Positions 62,801-64,000 of a stretch of 64,000 nucleotides of DNA are shown here, piece by piece. How positions within the stretch are numbered: the stretch's first letter is position 1; each line of letters opens with the position of its first letter. Below the pieces are notes generated by a model. The model saw nothing but the letters and a program-made list of their open reading frames with translations. It searched no databases and was not told the DNA's origin. The stretch is from Euprymna scolopes (lineage: Eukaryota). The translations under genes and the position numbers were made by a program. The stretch is taken from assembly GCA_053919585.1 (NCBI GenBank), contig CM132810.1; one strand, 5' to 3'.

Positions 62801-63909
62801 TTTGGTAATTAATCCCAACTTTAAACATCTGAATATGTAAATCTAATCTAAGACAAATTTAGAGATACATTTAAAATGCATGTTTGATTTACTAAGAAAA
62901 TATAATGCTTTAAAAAAGTTTTTTAAAAAAAATCTACATTTGATTAAAAAAAAATTAATGGAATCATGCATTTTGTAAATGACTATACCATTGTTATTAC
63001 TTATGTTATTACTTAGCAATAATAAAAATGGTTTAACATTCATTAATGTTCAGTTAACATTAATGAAAAGCAAATATTGTCTGCTTCAGCAACATTCATA
63101 CAAAGCAGACATTTTCAATTTCCAAAAAGTTTACAGTTTCAAAACTATTTTTTCAATCAACAAATTCTTTTAAATAAATATGTTAATACAACTGTTTTTC
63201 TTAAACTAACAAAATTTCTACTAATTTAGTTGATTTTCTTTTGCTTTTCTACTTAAATTGAATCAGATTGTCCACTTGTATTGGAAGTAATGTTGATTTT
63301 TGTGTCATTTTTTATTTCATTTTTTTTTTTTTTTTTTTTTTAGAATATTTTTTGTTTGAATTATTTTTATTCTACACATTATTTTTTAATAATGTTTGCA
63401 ATTTTGATTAAATTACATTTTTTCCCACAGGATCTTTTTAGTGCCATGTATCAGCAAGCGCAATGATTTTTATTATTACATATGTCCCTTTTTTTTTTTT
63501 CATTTTGCCTAATGGAGAAATTGGTTTTGTGATGTTAAATAAAAAAATAAAGGATGATTTATCATATTTTTATTTGTAAAATAATGCTCGATATACGAGG
63601 CAACTATTCATTCAGAGCAGATCTTTTCAAAATTACATTTATTTATTTTCAACAAAATCTAAAATATGTAAATAAAAGTGCTTTTCTTCAATAAGAAAAA
63701 TACAATATTATTAGTAGAAAAAGGAACTAACCTTCTCCCATTTGGAGATGTTCCTGTATAGGTAAAGCCAACAAATGGAAGATCTTTGCCAGTGAAATCG
63801 CGTCGTTGTTTGAAGTCTTCAAATCTTGGTGTAAAGTGGATTTTTTCAAACTCATCAAAATTAGATGTGTCATCAAGACCAGAAAGACTCGGTACAAATG
63901 GTGGTTTCA
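2972..63909 (-). CDS. CIT: Partial multi-exon gene, citron Rho-interacting kinase-like (AGC C-terminal tail plus coiled coil), 17 exons; continues beyond both window ends
   Basis: Manual splicing of 17 exons with AG acceptors and GT (one GC) donors gives a stop-free, phase-consistent frame. PPFVPSLSGLDDTSNFDEFE...FTGKDLPFVGFTY is a DMPK/ROCK/citron-family tail, closest to citron (PPFVP, DDTSNFDE), followed by a long coiled coil. Confidence 0.78.
3228..3650. mobile_element. MITE-like palindromic element (outer TIR pair plus an inner TIR family also at about 12296-12550 and 16035-16343)
   Basis: ggtgcaagtacaaagttcaacctaattaaaaaa is an inverted match of ttttttgattaagttgaattcttgacttgcacc; the inner arms tatgtac...cattccaaaaa / tttttggaatatg...acata recur three times. 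Confidence 0.6.
4285..4368 (-). CDS. CIT: CIT-like exon, 28-aa repeat (KFEIDLEQVTSSKKILENKEHRLADRVR)
   Basis: tttatgtag acceptor, GTGAGT donor, 84 nt, phase 0-0. Confidence 0.85.
5300..6365 (+). mobile_element. Decayed CR1-group LINE 3' half (family A)
   Basis: Degenerate RT-region remnants and a 3' end homologous to the family-A copies at 14417, 29740 and 56483. Confidence 0.7.
6545..6628 (-). CDS. CIT: CIT-like exon, 28-aa repeat (TLGTELDHVNAGRKILEANEKEMVEKLR)
   Basis: tttttcag acceptor, GTAAGA donor, 84 nt, phase 0-0. Confidence 0.85.
6650..9170 (+). mobile_element. Decayed Penelope-like retroelement 3' part (GIY-YIG endonuclease), split by an insertion
   Basis: TTVCIPHMKGLYEKL near 6790 continues after 8404 with KNVVYEITCKCGKLYK...MADHI; pLTR-like tail at 9040-9160. 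Confidence 0.65.
6831..8400. mobile_element. Non-autonomous Kolobok-like DNA transposon
   Basis: Flanked by TTAA on both sides (6827-6830, 8401-8404); imperfect AG...CT TIRs (agtagcaata / aattactgct); interrupts the Penelope sequence. Confidence 0.55.
10258..10341 (-). CDS. CIT: CIT-like exon, 28-aa repeat (ELENQVDQENVDNKLLETKEYRLQNELK)
   Basis: catttcag acceptor, GTAAAT donor, 84 nt, phase 0-0. Confidence 0.85.
10930..11330 (-). mobile_element. Possible piggyBac transposase C-terminal remnant
   Basis: MVDGRNDHLNHYY resembles the MGGVDxxD...YY motif; a Cys-rich frameshifted tail follows. Confidence 0.35.
11949..12023 (-). CDS. CIT: CIT-like exon (ELEKMLDEIEQGKKLKEQQLLARIK)
   Basis: ttgtcag acceptor, GTATCA donor, 75 nt, phase 0-0. 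Confidence 0.83.
12935..13858 (-). mobile_element. 5'-truncated CR1-group LINE (family B)
   Basis: FADDT, LYLYKAIIRPCMVYCC and FPRTSRLWNSLP motifs; poly(A) tail at about 12935. Confidence 0.85.
14417..15460 (-). mobile_element. 5'-truncated CR1-group LINE (family A) with a nested SINE
   Basis: FFLRSVRLWNSVPFACF motif, poly(A) tail, shared 3' UTR with other family-A copies. Confidence 0.85.
14862..15124 (-). mobile_element. 5'-truncated Ceph-SINE-like element
   Basis: 12-bp TSD ctctcctgtggg (14850-14861, 15125-15136); core CCCAGGTCCACTCTGACCCGGAGTGGTAGTACCTGTTAGGGTCCCA recalled as the Ceph/Nin domain; (AACC)n tail. Degenerate pieces at about 9950 and 33105. Confidence 0.75.
16418..20815. mobile_element. 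Near full-length decayed RTE-clade LINE with an inverted 5' half (minus 16418-17700; plus 17985-20815)
   Basis: AP-endonuclease motifs (VVAGDVNA, NQIDHVL) on minus; RT and 3' motifs (PQDWRDAVLLPFFKKGD, DCTDQIFTL, FKYRGS, WFGH) on plus; (ACA)n tail; 7-bp TSD aacactt at 16411-16417 and 20816-20822. Confidence 0.85.
18881..19740 (+). mobile_element. Internal CR1-group LINE fragment (family A RT core) inside the RTE
   Basis: LDISKTFDRVWHKGL, LGPTLFLIYINDL, YADDT motifs; no 3' tail. Confidence 0.8.
22642..22725 (-). CDS. CIT: CIT-like exon, 28-aa repeat (EAQRQANRESTSRQIFESREELQNEKIR)
   Basis: tatttcag acceptor, GTAGGT donor, 84 nt, phase 0-0. Confidence 0.83.
25054..25119 (-). CDS. CIT: CIT-like exon with GC donor (TLKENLKTDYDAEHDELRNKLK)
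   Basis: tttccag acceptor, AAG|GCAAGA donor, 66 nt, phase 0-0; reading on into the intron reaches a stop at the 11th codon. Confidence 0.75.
26728..27435 (-). mobile_element. CR1-group LINE (family B) with the RT core deleted
   Basis: KACGPDLIP...CFPACWK is fused directly to LFYKYF...RLWNSLP; poly(A) tail. Confidence 0.85.
28763..28888 (-). CDS. CIT: CIT-like exon (GLEEEVQELKRWEKSSAELKCSLLQQVNTYQDEVKQLRIQIK)
   Basis: ttttgtag acceptor, GTAACA donor, 126 nt, phase 0-0. Confidence 0.85.
29740..30445 (-). mobile_element. 5'-truncated CR1-group LINE (family A)
   Basis: Clear similarity to 14417-15460 and 56853-57290. Confidence 0.8.
30626..31148. repeat. Minisatellite, 6 x 86 bp
   Basis: Unit ggtttgatatttggcaatatt...gaagttggaaa repeats with period 86; only one variable site. 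Confidence 0.97.
31783..33076 (+). mobile_element. Decayed mariner (Hsmar1/cecropia-like) transposon
   Basis: TIR ttaggttggtacaaaaac / gcaccaacttaa; WIFYDN, PKPKLHQKKVM and HPPYSLDLLPTDYHFF motifs with stops and frameshifts. Confidence 0.9.
33715..34212 (+). mobile_element. Non-autonomous Helitron-like element
   Basis: 5' tataaaagtgagaatgtgtctgt; 3' GC-rich remnant followed by CTAG|T. Confidence 0.45.
34845..35275. mobile_element. Penelope-like terminal repeats in inverted arrangement (similar pairs at about 47870-48250 and 61130-61510)
   Basis: About 120-150-bp imperfect inverted arms (tattatttggatt...ctgttctcatctttagtgtcattttca vs tgaaaatgacactcaagatgagaacag...aatccaaataat), homologous to the tail at 9040-9160. 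Confidence 0.6.
35376..35450 (-). CDS. CIT: CIT-like exon (SLLDKSDDQEKAWREEESSLQSRIK)
   Basis: tttcatcag acceptor, GTAAAC donor, 75 nt, phase 0-0. Confidence 0.82.
35651..37242 (-). mobile_element. Decayed full-length Tc1-like transposon with long TIRs
   Basis: TA on both sides; about 190-200-bp TIRs starting cagtagcacc; VWGVIS, FMQDNA and SPDLSPI motifs. Confidence 0.92.
38360..38464 (-). CDS. CIT: CIT-like exon (RKKSSEKLLTDTSDSLRDQLALNKEKIQQQQNMIK)
   Basis: atacag acceptor, GTAATT donor, 105 nt, phase 0-0. Confidence 0.82.
38930..42800 (-). mobile_element. Highly decayed Nimb/I-group LINE (ORF1 and endonuclease region) with nested inserts
   Basis: NTYILSFNSPKL ORF1 remnant near 41240 homologous to about 29650; endonuclease-like remnants at 40330-40830 and 39130-39480; boundaries approximate. 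Confidence 0.45.
39520..40325 (-). mobile_element. 5'-truncated CR1-group LINE (family B)
   Basis: VKFNASKTK, LYKATIRPCMEYCCLIW and DRVQKR motifs; 3' UTR shared with 12935 and 26728. Confidence 0.85.
43496..43600 (+). repeat. 5' LTR (105 bp)
   Basis: Identical to 46631-46735; contains AATAAA. Confidence 0.95.
46631..46735 (+). repeat. 3' LTR (105 bp)
   Basis: Identical to 43496-43600; preceded by a polypurine tract. Confidence 0.95.
46901..46963 (-). CDS. CIT: CIT-like exon (DITKKYERESRLRKQLEEELM)
   Basis: ttcaaag acceptor, GTGAGT donor, 63 nt, phase 0-0. Confidence 0.82.
48908..48991 (-). CDS. CIT: CIT-like exon (ELNEQLLKKKCDYCQDDRNDQTDSYIDK)
   Basis: ttttgtag acceptor, GTATAT donor, 84 nt, phase 0-0. 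Confidence 0.75.
52785..54014 (-). mobile_element. 5'-truncated Nimb/I-group LINE (RNase H and C-terminal CCHC) inserted in the right Academ TIR
   Basis: FCWIPSHVGLTGNEKVD and PCQDPYTVKHILTNC motifs; 10-bp TSD agacaccaag (52775-52784, 54015-54024). Confidence 0.85.
53717..53769. repeat. (TA)n(TG)n microsatellite
   Basis: Visible dinucleotide run. Confidence 0.9.
55722..55847 (-). CDS. CIT: CIT-like exon (EKRRSLEDQRKDLSRLQNAEEMWQQQIEIKKQHINDLQDYIQ)
   Basis: tttaag acceptor, GTGAGA donor, 126 nt, phase 0-0. Confidence 0.88.
56483..57680 (-). mobile_element. Two nested CR1-group LINE family-A 3' fragments
   Basis: Two 3' UTRs and poly(A) tails (about 56483 and 56824); the outer copy resumes at about 57293. 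Confidence 0.82.
57895..58230 (+). mobile_element. Possible Tc1/mariner 5' remnant
   Basis: Starts ta-cagggtg; short transposase N-terminus-like remnant. Confidence 0.3.
58572..58734 (-). CDS. CIT: CIT-like exon (VKIDELKQMVKVLQGENGK...LHEQLDK)
   Basis: tttaaag acceptor, GTAAGA donor, 163 nt, phase 2 to 0. Confidence 0.88.
59126..59884 (+). mobile_element. Non-autonomous Helitron-like element with internal ~135-bp tandem repeats
   Basis: 5' tataatataaagctgagcgtctgtgtgtg; 3' hairpin acccagtcaatgacgggt then CCAG|T; about 4 degenerate units at 59260-59720. Confidence 0.6.
60790..60917 (-). CDS. CIT: CIT-like exon (MLLKRLEEELETKQSVRDQGVSLLNDIKTFNKESEEIKCAVT)
   Basis: ttgtag acceptor, GTGAGT donor, 128 nt, phase 0 to 2. 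Confidence 0.85.
62342..62600 (-). CDS. CIT: CIT-like exon, Ser-rich linker and start of coiled coil (ETSTSGVSS...LEEDLNLCTEKSS)
   Basis: ttttctatag acceptor, GTAAGT donor, 259 nt, phase 2 to 0, matches the upstream exon phase. Confidence 0.88.
63732..63909 (-). CDS. CIT: CIT-like exon, AGC kinase C-terminal domain (KPPFVPSLSGLDDTSNFDEFE...DLPFVGFTYTGTSPNGR)
   Basis: ttggtag acceptor, GTTAGT donor, 178 nt, phase 1 to 2; includes the FxxFTY hydrophobic motif. Confidence 0.9.
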
Positions 63910-64000
63910 CTACCAAAGAAAACAAAAAGAAAAAATGTTAAAAAGAAAAAGTATTTAACCAGCTATTGTATACCACCATGAATATGTCACTTCCTTGTCA

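Noticed and set aside
63732-63909. ROCK or MRCK/DMPK as the gene identity
   Set aside because: PPFVP and DDTSNFDE fit citron better than ROCK (PVVPEL, NQLPF) or MRCK (APYIPEV, DTSNFDV); not fully excluded without the kinase core.
1-64000. Most short ORFs in the supplied track
   Set aside because: They are antisense shadows of TE remnants or low-complexity AT-rich frames, often with non-ATG starts.

Overview
AT-rich animal genomic DNA, probably a coleoid cephalopod (inferred from a Ceph-SINE-like element and the repeat landscape). The whole window lies inside one minus-strand gene: 17 exons (63909 to 2972, 1868 nt, about 622 codons) splice into one open frame running from an AGC-kinase C-terminal tail into a long coiled coil, most like citron Rho-interacting kinase (CIT/sticky). 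The kinase core lies to the right of the window and the C-terminal domains to the left. The last 13 exons are all phase 0-0, 10 of them are exact multiples of 7 codons, and several encode a 28-aa repeat whose boundaries match exon boundaries. One intron appears to be GC-AG. The introns hold many decayed, nested transposons: a short-LTR Gypsy/Mag-like element with identical TA...TA LTRs and no RT, Tc1, mariner, Academ, Kolobok-like, Helitron-like, RTE (5'-inverted), CR1-group, Nimb/I-group and Penelope-like elements, a SINE and an 86-bp minisatellite. All family assignments come from motif recognition, not database searches.
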